From Marsupella aquatica (Eukaryota > Plantae > Marchantiophyta), in NCBI GenBank assembly GCA_973895155.1, contig OZ316896.1:22587722-22651721 (forward strand): a stretch of DNA of 64,000 bases, in the 5' to 3' direction. The notes under the pieces are model-generated. The model searched no databases, was not told the origin of the DNA, and saw only the letters and a program-made list of their open reading frames with translations. The position numbers were made by a program, and so were the translations under genes. Below are positions 36,104 through 50,783 of this stretch, in pieces. Numbering within the stretch: position 1 is the stretch's first letter; each line of letters begins with the position of its first letter.

Positions 36104-37284
36104 GAACTGTTCGCATGGTACCTCATTTGCTTTAACTTAGTGTAAAACCCCTAAAATACTTGATAACAAAACAATAAGATTTAAAAAAAATTCATTATAT
36201 TCTTTTTCATACCACTGTGATAAATTCTTAAATACTTTGTTGGATATAAAAAATACTAATTCATAGAATTTTTAAATGCCTTTAGTATAATTCTTTGATT
36301 ATAATTATTAACCAGACAAGATTAAAAAATAACCTTCATAATTTGTTCTCACCCCCTTCTCATAATGTAACAAGTGATTCCCCAAGGAATTTTGAGATGG
36401 AAAGAAATGATCCAAAAAGAAGAACTCAAAGTAGGTGGCATATGCAAGCACTACTACATATATACATAGTTTTACAATCTCCGATTTACTAAATTCTATT
36501 GATGGTTTGGAGCTGACCTAGCCCAATTCAATCCCAGTCAAAGGATCAGTCTCCATATATTCCATTCAGCACGACCTTTTCCTAGATCTTGGTCATTTCT
36601 ACAAATCTTTAATTTCTATAGTCAGATTGCCCAGTCAATTTGAGTCACAAGTGCAATCAATAATTGCTGTATCATGTCACAAGTGCAGTCAATAACATGA
36701 CTACTGTATCTGGTCACAATAAATAAGTTACACGTCCTATCTGTGATCGACAGGCTAGATAGTTTATCAAGGGGTGGTCAAAAGTAATCAAATCAGAGCT
36801 CGCAAAATGTCCATGAAGGGGAAGTCAGAAAAAACAATCAATCTCCAGAGAAAGAACAAACCAAGCCAGGGGAAAACCCTATTAAGCACATCAAATGGAA
36901 AACATAGAGGTGCACAAAACCTTATTTGTATTATGAAGCAACAGGACTTCCCACACAATCTTAGCTGACCAAACATGAATTTAATGTGATTTAATCCGGG
37001 CATGTTGGTTTTGAAGGCCTACAATATACATTAATGGCACTGAGGGCTTCCTCCACTCATTGAATTGCTTCCCACATTGGCTTCCAAAGCTGACACGAAT
37101 ATGATCATTTGGCGATCAGTGACTCAATCTAACTGAGGTGCTCATTCATTTCAGCATAGAACTCTTGCTATTCCGCCTCCAGTTGGACAGTATTGGCTTG
37201 TAGTAGGGCAACACTGGCCTCATACATAGCAGCCAATTGGGGAACACTAGGGCATGTCAAAGCACACCTGTCAATTCAGTTATG

Positions 37285-37558
37285 GCTCAAGACATAAAAC
37301 ACCCTTATGGCCAGGGCAAAATCACTATGGGCTACCAAAATATGTACCCCATAAGAGTGATATGTTCAAAACATAAAGACATAACACCTTGGTTATGGGA
37401 GAACTTTGATAGGGCAAAATCACTATGGGCTACCAAAATATGTACCTCATAAGAGTGATACGTCCAAAAAATAAAGACATAACACCTTGGTTATGGGAGA
37501 ACTTTGACACGCCTACGACATAACACCTTGGTTATGGGAGAACTTTGACACGCCTACT
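37285..37558. repeat. compound tandem duplications
   Basis: AGGGCAAAATCACTATGGGCTACCAAAA occurs twice and GACATAACACCTTGGTTATGGGAGAACTTTGA three times. Confidence 0.8.
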
Positions 37559-38797
37559 GACTGAGTAAGAGGCAAGGGTGGCGTCCAGTTTGGACTATAT
37601 TGGCCACAGGCAAAATGGATGGTCTTGACTTGAGTAAGACGAGCTTCCATGACTCTCATTAATGAAGAAGGAAATGGAGGACAAGCTTTGTAGCCATGGT
37701 TGTAAGGCTGTTGGCAGATCTCACAGATAGTATCTCCTTTCTCAATGCACCAATCCTGTAGACATTTTTGATGGACGTACTTGATCGTACCAGAGCAAGA
37801 GCATGGAGTATCGAGGTTTTTGAGATCGTCCTCTTCGTTTCAAATTTGGCACATGGCAAATGGGAATGAATTATCTGAGAACAGAGGTGGATGAATTATA
37901 ATCGGAGGAAGTAATATCCATCTTCCCCACTTTGTCTATGATTTCTACAGGAGAAATAGTAGGCGCAGAGTGTCTCGGTCCTGAGCAAATACTGTAGGCG
38001 AGGCTGTCAAATCTCGAAGGTTCGGATCTGCAGGATTCTCTGCCATATCTAGCTTATTGTCAGAAATGCAAACCAAGGCGCTCTTAGAAAATTTCTATCA
38101 CCGTACCCAAACTGAGGCTAGGCTTTGCCCCCAGTATCTTCCTCCTCTAAAGCAAGGCGAACGGTGCACTATTCAAAAATTTCCTATCCGTTCAGAGTTG
38201 ATAAGTACTTCTGGTCAGTTGTCCTTCTCTCAAAAACAGGGCCTTGTTGGCCAGGCTTTTGCCACTGGTGGTCATTCCTATCCCAAGGCCATCCACATTA
38301 AGCAGTCATCCGTAAGTGCCATACCCATCTGAACCCTATGCAATTCATTCTTCAGTTCAACCATCGTGCTGGGAGTTCGAGCTCCTGGCAACCTGCCTAG
38401 CAGGTCCATGGTGCTCTTCTACAATCATTGTGCTTTGTAACGACGAGACTGTGTTCCCTTCCTGATTAGCATGCATCCTTGGCAGGACAGCTTCTGCGGT
38501 ATACGAAGAAGAAGAAACACAAATGGTGCTGATGGACTTCGATTGTTATTGAACATTAACACTCAGAGATATATTCTGCATTTAAACTGGCTTCTGACAG
38601 TGAATTGACTCCCTTAGAGGGTGCTGCCAAAAAGTTGAATACCCCTGGTTCCTACCAAAAAGGGGTTGCCCTTGGCTAGTGGTACGCGGATATAAACCTC
38701 ACTCTCCTGCCCTCGTGCAGCTCAAAATGTTGAGAATTTTCTTCAATGTAAAGGATTAACAAACAGTAGAGATACAAATCTAGGTGATAAGCAGATT

Positions 38798-41700
38798 TCA
38801 TACAGTTTCTGCTGCAACTGCAGACCGCTTCTTCAATTTGCACCATAGGCCAGCTTTTGTGTGAATCGTAGCTCCTGTCACAAGCTCTACATCTTCAGGA
38901 CTACCTTTCAATTCCAGATCAAATCTCTGTAAAAGTAGGGTCAATGCAATGGTGCCCTCCATCAGTGCAAACTGGTCACCCACACACTTGCGAGCACCCC
39001 CACCGAAAGGCAGGAAAGCAAAGTCAGATATCACCTGCATCGGGTCATTCCACAGAAGAAGTAATCATCAGTATTTCGTGGAACCCCAAAATCTATGCTT
39101 CTCACTAGATCCCCTGTAGGATCCGCTCCTTCACCAGAAATAATCACTGGAACGACCTCCAAGTTCAGCATAGACGTATTCTTGCATGCCACACTCACCC
39201 AAGTAGTTAACTCACCTCATTAGGATAAAATGCACCTAGGCTGCGGGCGGGATCATATCCTGCCCACCCATCAATCTCACTAGGCTTGGGCTCCAAAAAC
39301 CTCTCTGGGTTGAACTTCTCAGGCTCATTCCAGAAATATGGAGACCGGTGAATGTTGTAAACCTGACCAAAACAAAGACCACCTATGAGTACATAGATAC
39401 AAAGCGAATCCTCGCCTCCGGTTAGGTGTCCTACGAATACTGGAGGTGCAGGGTGTCAACTGACCATCAAGATCGACAAACAATTTATTTGTGAATGGAA
39501 CCTACGGAAATGAATACATCTGCTCCTTTGGGAAGTGGATATCCAGTAGGATCGCCATTGTAACCACCTGTTTCATTCCAAGGGGAGTGGTCAGCATACA
39601 TTCAAACACCAATCATTTTAAGGTAAAGATCATGACAGTATACCACTGGAAACTCTCTCTACCTGCACACCTATTAAACGCAACGAGCTCCACAATATGA
39701 ATAACATGTAGCAAAAAGAGTGTCGTCACCTAGAAGTAAACTAAAGTTCATTGAAGTATTGGAAGTTCCCTACATCGGACTCACCAGGAATAGTGTCCGG
39801 TTCGAGTGCCCTTCTAATGAGCAATGGCGGTTGAGGGTACAAACGCAGCGATTCGGCAACAATGAGCCTTACGTACCTAATTGGCAATCACAACAGAAAA
39901 GAGAACTTAGACGGTCAGCATTGTGTTTTATATTGAAGGAGTCATTTCACATTCGAATAGGATACATATATGTCGATGCTCCTTGTCCTATATATACAAG
40001 AATCTCTTGGATTTAAATAGCAATTGCAAGCTTGGCGAGATTGAAACGAGGGACATGATATAATACAAACTGAACGAATGAGAACGACTCGAACCCCTCA
40101 TTTCCATCCCCAATTCATAAAGTCCAACAATAGTCCAACAAATCTTTTGAGCAGGAGACGATCTGTCTAATATCTGAAAAGACGAGAAAAATGCTCTTAC
40201 TGAAGCTGTTTCAGGTCTTCCAAGGTTGCTTTCCTTCCACCCAATACATTATCAATCTCCAATTGTGCTTTCTTTATCGTCTCTTGATTCTGGATACAGA
40301 GAAGTTGTTAAAAGCTTGTCTTCACTCAGCGGATCATGGCGGACCAGATAATATGGGTCAAAACTGAAAAGGGGGATCCAGTTGAAACTTACCTGAGCCA
40401 GCATATAAGTTGCCCATGTAAGCACAGCAGCAGTTGTCTCGTGGCCAGCAATGAGCATTGTCATTAAGTCATCACGAAGCTGTGGACAATCCAAAACCTC
40501 GTGCATTTAAATTTTCTTGCTTCAAGCTACTGAATAAGCGGCAACTTACTGCTGAGTTTGCTTCCCAAGAACCTTCATAGTCAAGAGAATGACTTTGACA
40601 CAAATGCCTACAGTCCTTGCAAGTTATTGACACAATTCATTCCCATTGCCTGACGTTTATAACACTACAAGAGCGCTTCATTATCATTTTTGCATAACGA
40701 TCGAAGCTGCCTTGCCAGAGCTTTGCTGAGTCATTGGCTTTCTAGTTCAGAGGTTCCAAAAGAGACAAGCGACGGGTGTGGGCGGCAGAGTTCTCCCGTG
40801 TAAGCAATCACCTGCTTGTCGTCTGGCTCTTCTCCCCTCATATCAACCAAAAAGCGCAGCAAACTTTTATCCTGTCCAAAACGTGACAATACACATATGA
40901 GTTCGACAAGCCAAATGACCGCAATAATGTGTCTGTACCATCCACGACACTTGCCAAAATGATTTAAGAGCGCGGATGCAGTACGACAAAGCGATATAGA
41001 AACTGCAGAAGCTTCTTGTCAGGAGAAATGCACCACTTACTTTCACTTTTGAGTAATCTCGTTCCTGCAAAGCTTCAACATCCTCTTCCTGTATCCATAT
41101 TCAAGAAAATGGTGGACCGTCAAATATAGGATGTTTGCAAGGAATCTCAGTACTAAACCATAGTGGATAAAAAGTGGATTTTCAGACGACACGCAAAAAC
41201 GGTTCCAATCAGGTTCATCTTCAATCAAACCTCTGACCTGACGAGTATCTCGAGCGTTTTTGATCAGGCTGTCAAGACAATCGTTGATCACTTTCAAGTC
41301 TGCATGAAATTTACGTTGACGTGGAACAAGCCATCTTGACGGAGGGAATTTCCAGTACGGGATGTAAAACGTTGATCTATGTTCTGCTTCATAGAGAGTA
41401 CCATAAACTGCCTGTTACAAACACAAATAGTACAGACATCAAGTTTAAAATATAATTTGAAAAGCAACTGTCGAGGATATATCCAATACAGTTGGTTAAC
41501 ATACCTCAAAACCAAAGGTCCCCCAAAAACATTTCTGATAGGCAGACTTGTTTTGAGTTTGTACTAGACGAGAACCGATGAATTGTGAATTATTTGAAAA
41601 CTTTGCCCTATCGCAAGGGAGACAAATTTCCAGTCTGCTCATAGGTCAGAACAAAGAGGAAATGACTTTTGTTCAGTTTTCGGAAAATGACAGTTATGCC

Positions 41701-44171
41701 GTCACTCCACACCAAGAGTTGGGATTGTACTCTTGTAAAAGAGTACAATCCCAAAACGCTTCAGTCCAAGCACGAGACTACTCGATTCACAGGGAAAGAA
41801 ATTCATCATCACTTTTCAATGTTAGAGAAGATATCATCCAGAACTTTATAGAGAAGGTGCAAGAACAGGCTCCTTCTAATGACGCACCTGAATCACAGGG
41901 GACTCATTTGTCACAGATCCAAAATCGTAGTTGAAAACACTCAGTCCAATGATATCTAGAGCAAGATTTGAATACTCAGCCTCCATCTCTACTTCCACAT
42001 AGTCAACATTCTTGGCCTCTGCAGCTTGACTCAAATTCTCCAGCTTCTGAATGGTTCGCTCCCCACAATTATTGAATACGTCAACCATAGAGTTCAAATA
42101 GGCCGCATGGAAACCTGGGACAATAGCTGATCTTGCACAGAAAAACCAATTCTTCAGGCCATGTGGCTCACAAAGCTTTAAGCGATATTAACTGAACAGG
42201 CGCAATATGAACGTTGAACCACAGACTAGGTAGGCCGGAGAGCAATTATTCAAAAACAGGCATGGAACGTCAAAAGAAAAATTGTGCCAACTTACCTCGT
42301 CTTCGTACTTTCCACGTGGCTATATCTGCTGGGATCAGTCCCTTCCCCATGATTGGCTCCAATATATCTGCAAGAACACCCTTCACATGCAGACCTGAGA
42401 TTACCAACCAGGATATGGAAAGGATAACAATATCTATAATCCCTGTGTCCTTGAGAAACAGGACGCCTCTCTCTGAAGGAATTCCGAATGGCCTGAGATT
42501 TCCACTTCAACAAAAAGGCCCAGGAGCCAAGAATGCGACTTCAGTGCTCAACAACTTGAAAGTAATGTCCCTGCAATGGTGATTTGGTTCTTTTAATTGA
42601 GAACAAAGAACCAAATCACTTATGGCTGCAAAAGTGAACCTCGTAATAATAATCGTACGATACGAATGGCCAACATGTTCGGTGAATAGGGTTTTGGGTC
42701 CAAGCAAGGAAATTATATTTCGACTCAAGAATTCATGGACCCCACATCACATTGTTGTGCGACACAATGATACATCCTAATCACTTCTTATGCAAATTCT
42801 TCATGCTTTGGCCAACAATTTCTTAACCAAAGAGGCAACCATTCAGGACCATTCTCTCAACCTCTACATAAGCTTGATGGGCAGCAAGATATATGTTAGT
42901 CGGCTGGGCCATTTACGTAACTCTTCTTTAGTGTCTTATCTTGAAAGAGGTGTACTAGCAAAATGCTCTGGGGATTAAAAAGCCAATAATACATCAACTC
43001 TAACAAATCAGCGGTTCGAACAGTTGATGAACATGCTGAAACTGTTGTCAAGTACTTCTTGAAAGAGTTAACCTTACGTGGAGTACTCGTTCAGGACTAC
43101 GAGTTCGAGGGTAGCAAGGGACAAACCTTATCATAGCCAAAGGCGTTCTCTCGAAGGATGTGCCTTGCAACGATAGGATCAGATACGACCACAAAAGCCT
43201 TGGGCCCAAAAGCCAGCTTGTAAACTGCACCATGCTGCAGTACAGTCTAGTCAGAAATCTAAAACATCTCCAAGTTGACAATCTGGTCAGAAGTGGTCTA
43301 AACATCTCTCTGAACGAAGAGCGCAAAACTGTAGTCAATACGGTCACAGAAAGGTGCAAGAAAGTAAGAGACCTCCTGACGAGAGAAGTAATAGGATTTT
43401 AGAAAAGGCATGACTGAAGACTTTCAGCTGATGTTAAGAGACAAATTTGAGTCGGCACCTTGTGTGGCGCATACGTACTTCAATAAACCAGTCGTAGAGA
43501 GCGAAAAATAGAGGCCGACCAAATAAATCTGAAACAGCTCCTTCTGCGACAGGCATATTCCCAGTGTTTCCTCCACTCAGTAGATTTGTAAACATATTGC
43601 TAGCATTGTCAAGAAATGTCCTTTCCTTCGCAGAGGTAGGCTTGTCCACAGTATTCAAGCTGTACACAAATGACAAACGACAGTGCAATCCGCGGGATTT
43701 AGTTGCATTAACGTTCTAACGACACGAAATGAAAGCCATCCCTGGCGAAGATTTACGTTTCTATTCCATGGAGACTTAGTCTAAAAGCACATACTAGCCA
43801 CACTAGTAGTTCTGCGATTCGAAGTCCTTCGTAAAATTGTGGATCGTATTCAATGTACTGATTAACTTCCCCTTCGATAAAATGTGAAAGAGGAAGAGTT
43901 AGAGTGACACCAAATTTCCGGAACGCACTAGTCAAGATTTTTTCCAGCACGGTAAGAGATGCCAGTGAGACATGCTTATACACGTCGAAGAAATTCCGCT
44001 CTTTCTACTTACGTACCAGGTAATGCGTCCGCGGCCTCGAGACGCTGATGATGAAAACGACCACCGGGAGAGCGCATTTCTGTCGGCAATGGAGGAGCAA
44101 GACGAGAGCCTGGGAGCTACTGCTGCAGCGCAATAGACGGATCCCACAGCTGCAGCTGACGCGAGTGCCAT
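38798..44171 (-). CDS. CYP97B: cytochrome P450 CYP97B (carotenoid hydroxylase family), plastid-targeted, multi-exon
   Basis: Motifs [46 protein letters not shown] and [11 protein letters not shown], heme motif [14 protein letters not shown]. Ala/Ser-rich transit-like N-terminus. Confidence 0.93.
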
Positions 44172-44348
44172 ATCTACACCACCCTGATCACTAAATTGCA
44201 GGAGAAACGTCACACTTCACGCCCTATAGTAGCGCGCCCCACTTCAGAAATGAACCCCACCTTCAAAATGACGAATCCTTCAAATTGCGCGTTTTACAAT
44301 TTCGAAATGCTTCAAACATCCCCCACCGTGTAACCAGAAAAAACTTAT

Positions 44349-44421
44349 GGCGTTCACATCCCATTTCGTGAGTGCCATGTTAAACTTAAGGCGTTCACAT
44401 CCCATTTCGTGAGTGCCATGA
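44349..44421. repeat. 31-bp direct repeat upstream of CYP97B
   Basis: GGCGTTCACATCCCATTTCGTGAGTGCCATG occurs twice. Confidence 0.85.
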
Positions 44422-44512
44422 GGCTATTGAAATTTCCTGAAGTCAAATCATCCACAAGCACTACAGTGGAGACTTCCCACCCAAATTTATGGCTAGAGAA
44501 AAAGATTTATTC

Positions 44513-45075
44513 GAAACTTCTGCTTCAAAAAGCAACCGAGCTCATAGACCAAGAGACACTATCATGTGACCGACACCAAGTTTGCTCACAGAGCAACACG
44601 TCTGAATAGCCGCCGGCAGCTAAGTGGATTGCTGTGTGGGTAGGAGACGAATCTCTCTGAACTAGTACAACAAGGAGTCGAGGCAAACGGCAACAAATCT
44701 GAGCTCTTCCCTCGCCGAGCTCGAGCTATGTAGCAATGCCAAGAAGAAAATTATCAGACCAAATTCAGCTCGCAATTTAAGCAGGCAACACTCCAAAGGG
44801 ATTCACCCGAACGGTCTCTGTGTCATCGGCCCGCCACAATCATACCCTAAAGCTTCCAAGCACGTTGATCGCTTCTCAGCCTCTCTGTATCCCTCCGCCT
44901 GCTCACGAAACTCGAATTCCAGAGCTCCAAGATCCACACCCAACCTCCTTTCTCCGTCTCCGTCTCCGTCTCCCTAAGAGACACCGAATTCCGCCCCCAG
45001 CACCTGATTTCTCAATCTCTACAAACTCCTTCAGCATCCGCCGTTTCCGAGACGGAAAGAGACCAACAATTTGCC
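44513..45075. repeat. dispersed direct repeat, copy 1 (~560 bp)
   Basis: Collinear with 47656-48247 (AAACTTCTGCTTCAAA..TGTGACCGACACCA..GAATTCCAGAGCTCC..TTTGCCA). Confidence 0.8.
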
Positions 45076-45789
45076 ATCTCAAATGCTGAATGGCGCTCGA
45101 GACCACAGAGAACCAGTGGAGAGGAAGGGAGGAGAGACGCCGGAAACATCAATTCCAGAGCTCTCCTTTGCCCATTCATGAATAGATTGAGTGAGAGAGG
45201 CGCAAGACGATCTTTCGAAGGAGGGCCCCGTCAGACGACCGAACAAGTTTCCTCCTCCTGCATGAGAAGAAGTTCTGGAGGTTCTCCATTAATTGGGATT
45301 TGGGACATTTAAGCGAGTGCAATGCGAGAGAGAGCTTCTTTGCAGCGAATCATGATTTGTTTCGTTATCCTCTACTGTACTGTAGTTTGGATCAGGTACA
45401 GTCAGCACCTCTCTAAGTGCACAAATTGGTTTAGTGCAAGGGCATCCGGTTTTTCCTTTTTCGGCTGAACAAGGTACTACAGGAAGGTACTAAAGTAAAA
45501 TCTCCATGGGAGAGAAACGTACCAGCCACTCGTTTTATCTACTCATTAAGCACAGCCCAAAATTTTCAATTGTAAATCTGACGACCTTCGTCCGGAGCAC
45601 AGAGTGGAGGGAGGAGTCACCAGGGAATTCTGTCACAGCAGAACGCCCTGGTCAGCCTGGGCCAGAATTCAAGATAACGCTCTCCATAGCTGGAGATCTC
45701 CAAACGAACGCCTGGGGAGACTCCCTCCTGGGAGGGCTTGACCCAACACAGAAAACAAAGTTAACTGGCTTTATTTGGCCAATTCCTGA

Positions 45790-46855
45790 GCTGGATGAAT
45801 GTGATCATGCTCTGAAGGTTGTGAAAAGTCTTCCGGCATGGACTTCCAATGTAAAGAAGGTACCCAGTCAATGTGATTGGTGATTCGTTCATCAAATCAG
45901 AAAGCAGAACACTGCTCCCACTGGCACTTAGATGCATGCCATCACTGCAAACAAATTACAATGGAGCCATCCAAATATCAGCAAATAGAGAGTAGCCTCA
46001 GGGCTTGCCATTGCTTTAGCATCCAAGATTGCCAAACTCTAAAGCGCCATCCTGCATATTTCTCACCAGCAATGATGGAATTGTGCAAAACCCATAGTGA
46101 GGGAGAAAAGAATGAATTCCACAAATTCTCAATACGTCTGTGCTGCTTCTTACGTCAGTCAGGAACTCCAGTCATCGCTTGATAGCTGAATCGCTGTCCA
46201 TAAGTCTACAACACCAACCCCTGCTTCTGATGCGGCAGCTTTACATGCAGCAGCATACTGGCAAGCACGCTCATTAGTTCGATATGGATATTTTCGTGCG
46301 TTCTCGCCATGTTTGGCACTGCAAATAACATAACGACTGAGCATCTAAGAAATTTCTCTGAGCTCCAACATTGGTAAGAAGAGGAACGAATGAGCACTTG
46401 ATAGGTACAAATCGGTCCCAGAAATTTTTTGAAAATGCGACGTGGACCTCAGATGCTTAATTCTGTTTTCCTCATGGATGGGTGGTGCTGTGATCAGTAC
46501 GACTTGAGTTGTGTCTGAAAGTCCCTGAAATCCAGTTACAAACACAAAAAGCATTTAGTCGACGAATCGGTAAAGCTGTACCAGTTATACCAGTCATAGC
46601 ATGTGAATTGCTCACTAAGATATTTGAGTGGAAATCCAAGACAGAGACAAGAGAGAGACCAACAACAGGAAGTACGGTAAAGCATCACAAAACATCCCAC
46701 GTGAAGCTCAACATTCAAATAGGAAGCTATTTTGATTAGGCTCCCCTTAAACTCGTCGATAGGCACAGCTTGACCCTTGCCACTCGGGACAGGAACTGCA
46801 GCATCATTTGCACCAAAGAAAACCACGACGAGAGCCGGTTGGGTAGGCAGGTCCT
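45790..46855 (-). pseudogene. IAH1-like SGNH/GDSL esterase fragment
   Basis: Motifs VVVFFGANDA, VVLITAPPIHE, RTNERACQYAAAC..VVDLWT and WVPSLHWKSMPEDF. In-frame TGA at 46159. No GDS exon and no DGLH segment found. Confidence 0.75.
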
Positions 46856-47655
46856 GGAAGAAATGGCACAGTGCTATTCTGAATTTATCCTGGAGATTTA
46901 TTCGGTTGGGGATTTTCCAAGCACTTCACAATTATAACGCGCTCCTTTCTTTTCCTGCTTTGTCCATTGAGTCTTTGCTGGAATGGTGAGTTCAACATAT
47001 TAAGCAATCTAACACCTCTCTCAGTACCTCAGACAACTGCTGAACCCCTCCTTCAGGCGCATGACGCAACTGAATGCCACTTGATCCCATCTACGCAACT
47101 GAATGCCACTTGATCTCGTGGTGAAGCTGACCTTTAGCAATGTCAGCATACGCTGTCTTTTGAACTCGCGAAAAGTTATGTCTCCAGCCAACAACTCTTC
47201 CTAATTTCCGTATGTCCTTTTCTTATGATCTGGGGATACCTCAGTACTGACAATCGCTGTCCATGGAGACTCTGGAAACCTACTTTAAGATGCCTTCGTT
47301 GTTTCAATAATTTGTTAACCTTAAACAGTGAACTATGCTTTGGAGAGGTGACTTTCCTGACGGTCCAAGCGTTTGGAATCTATGGCTTACAAAGCTCCTA
47401 TTCTGCACCCGCGTCGAAGGGCTTCACCTCGAGGCTGATGATGCTTCCCATCTGATGCTCGTGAGGTAGCTACAGAGAAGTAGCTTAGATTATTGTCATC
47501 GGGATTACAGCAGAGTATCTTTGAACGTCTTTTATTCTATTATCACAAGCTAATTCAATCCACCGAATGCATGAGTTTATAGGATCCTCGATATCCTAAA
47601 TGAATTTATGCTGAAGACTTATTCAGATCGTTTGATAGCAGATCTTACGTGATGC

Positions 47656-48247
47656 AAACTTCTGCTTCAAATAGCAACCGATATCATAGACCGAGATACA
47701 CTATCGTGTGACCGACACCAGAATTGCTCACAGATGGGCTCACAGAGCAACGCGTCTGAAAAGCAACGGGCAGCTAACTTGATTGCTTTGTGGGGAGGAG
47801 ACGAATCTCACTGAGCTTCTACAGACAAGACGTCGGGGTAGACGGCAACAAATCCAAGACCCGTCCCTCGCCAACCTCGAGATATCTAGCATTCCCCAAA
47901 AAGACCATCATTATGCCATTCAAGTCGCAATCCAAGCAAGCAACACTCGAAGGGGATTCACGCAACCCACAAACCCCTAAATCCCCTGCGGCCCTCGAAT
48001 TTCTCTCTCACCTGGTGGAGCTGCCATTCCCAATTCCGGACAACGATCTCTCTGTCAACTAAACCTTCCCAGCTGAATCGCTCTCCTCCTGCTCACGGAT
48101 CCTCGAATTCCAGAGCTCCCAGATTCACAGCCAGAATTCTCTCTCTCGACGCAGAAGCGAATTCCGGCCCCAACCACCTCAACTCTCCAATCTCTGCAAA
48201 CTGCTTCAGCAGCTGCCGTTTTCGAGACCGGAAGAGACCAATTTGCC
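47656..48247. repeat. dispersed direct repeat, copy 2
   Basis: Diverged collinear copy of 44513-45075. Confidence 0.8.
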
Positions 48248-48561
48248 ACCACAATGATCGCTCCACGAAATGCCTGATCCTCCGCTGCATAGCAATGTCG
48301 GAAAGAAACGAATATGTATACCTCCTGTTTTCTTGGTCAGCCATTGTGAGAAATTTCGTTCCACAACCCTGACCCAAACCCAACTTGACAAACTGTACCA
48401 TGGGGGGTACCAAGGGGGGTAATTTTAAGTGCAAATTTTCGCCAAATTCCATCTCCCCAAAAATGTTCCGCCAGTTTTGGCTAATATTTGCTAAATGTTT
48501 TCAACACCATTAGCCACACTTCCACCAAATCATGGACCCCAATAGCCAGAATCAAATGGTC

Positions 48562-48913
48562 CTCCTTAAAATCTAGGGGTATCTGACAGTCATGATTTAA
48601 TTCAGTAAAATCTGATAGTGCTCCTTAAAATCTAGGGGTATCTGACAGTCATGATTTAATTCAGTAAAATCTGATAGTGCTCCTTAAAATCTAGGGGTAT
48701 CTGACAGTCATGATTTAATTCAGTAAAATCTGATAGTGCTCCTTAAAATCTAGGGGTATTTGACAGTCATGATTTAATTCAGTAAAATCTGATAGTGCTC
48801 CTTAAAATCTAGGGGTATCTGACAGTCATGATTTAATTCAGTAAAATCTGATAGTGCTCCTTAAAATCTAGGGGTATCTGACACTCATGATTTAATTCAG
48901 TAAAATCTGATAG
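48562..48913. repeat. minisatellite, 6 x 59 bp
   Basis: CTCCTTAAAATCTAGGGGTATCTGACAGTCATGATTTAATTCAGTAAAATCTGATAGTG, near-perfect, no spacers. Confidence 0.97.
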
Positions 48914-50783
48914 AGAACATTCCTAGCATCTCCTCCCTTAGAGAAGCAAACATTGGCCACATTGGCTAAAAACAAAAAACCTCAAAAAAATATCCTGGTA
49001 CCAAGGGGGGTGCAAAATTTTCGGGTGTACAGTGAAGTTGTGGCCACTGCCAAAAACCTTGGCTTTATGGAACCTGACCCAATAGATGATCCATATGACT
49101 TTCACATCTGACGCTATCACAAGGGTTTTAATTTGCCTTACAAACAGTAGAAAAGATGTCTATAGCAAGCGGAGGGAGAAGTGGTACACATTGTTCGGGA
49201 GGACTCGATGGTTTTTATGAAAATACCACAATTCTCAAGCTAGGAAAGTCAGAAACTGGAATGTAACGATCCAATGTAAGTCTCGATCACATCAGTATGT
49301 TATTCATTCAAAACAAGCCAAACGCAATAATGGAGTGATTGGAGCCAGCTGTGACTATTGTTACCATACCCAAATCCCACAAAACAGACTCTCATGTAGA
49401 ACCTCAGCGTCTCACCGGCACCATCTTCCTTGTTCTTCACCCAGAAGTGTAGTACATCGCTACGTTCCCACCAAGACTAGCTAAAGAGCCACAATAAAGG
49501 TTCTTGTTTAGAATTGCAAATTGTCTTTCACTACCATCTCTGGCCTTCCCCTCTAGATTTGCACGGCATGGATAGTTTCCCACCAAAACCTCAGTACAAT
49601 ACGATTTGGGAGCAGATTCAGTACAAACCAAGATCCTCTGAAACAAGCTTGGATTCTACTTCAATTCCCTTTCAAGCAAAGTCATAGTCCCTATCAATGA
49701 ATTAGATATTAAGTTTCACCCCACCCTTGCCTCTCTATTCCCAAGTGCCCTCATTGCCCTCTGATAGTGCCCCCTCCCCGTGCCCCAACTTACACCAGAA
49801 AAAATAAGGTGGTAGTCTAAGAAAACTTATGTAGAAAATAGCAGGCCAGTTTTAACACATCACTGTTTGAATTTATAGGTGACATAAATTTGTTTGGGGA
49901 CATCTCATTACTGAAATAGTGTTAGTGTCTCTCAAGTTTTAAAGACACACCCATCCACATTATAAGTCGACTCATCAGAACCATCAACGAGACTGACCAC
50001 AAAGATTGTTCAAGCTGTGCTTCACTGATCATGCACTCTGTACTAGATGGCTCTTGATTGGTAAAAATTCATGAGAACACAAGTGCTCGACAATATATTT
50101 ATTGGCTTACTTACCACGTATATGAGTCTGAGCAGAAACTTCCATGAGACTGAATTCGACAGTAAAAATCTATGATAACACAAGTATCTGATAGATTATT
50201 TATTTATTGGTCTGTTTACAAAGAAATGAAACTGAACAGAAACATCGATGAGACTGAAGTCGAAAACTGCTCAATCTGAGTTTCACAGTATTATGGACAG
50301 AATTGATAAAAAGCTCCATGGATATATAGAGAACACAAGTAATCGATGGATCAAAAAACATTTCATTGGTTTGCTTACAATTACCACACAAAATGATCAG
50401 AAGTTAACATCCATGAGACTGAACTCGAAAGACTGGTCAATCTAAGTTCACGGTATGCACTCACTTGATCAAAATCTCCAAACATCCACCAGACTAAATT
50501 CGAAAGACTGGTCAATCTGAGTTTGAAGTTATGCATTCACTTGAATGTTAAAAATCTCTATTAGCACACAAATGATAAAAAATATCTCACGCATTTATTC
50601 TTTTGTTTACAAAGAAACAAACCTCATGCTGATCTACGTAAATCTCATCAGCCAGGAACTCTAATTTGTTCCAGCAACTATAGAACTAGCTGTCTTGACA
50701 AAGCAGGAGGATAAGTTCCCAGTGGCCTATTTAAAGAACAATGTACTGTCTTGAATATTGGCCCTAACTTGTGTAACAGCTAC

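Noticed and set aside
37600-38500. Possible degenerate LINE ORF1 on the minus strand
   Set aside because: Only a vague resemblance with many stops and no diagnostic motif that I can support.
48562-48913. CRISPR array
   Set aside because: Head-to-tail identical units with no unique spacers; a minisatellite.
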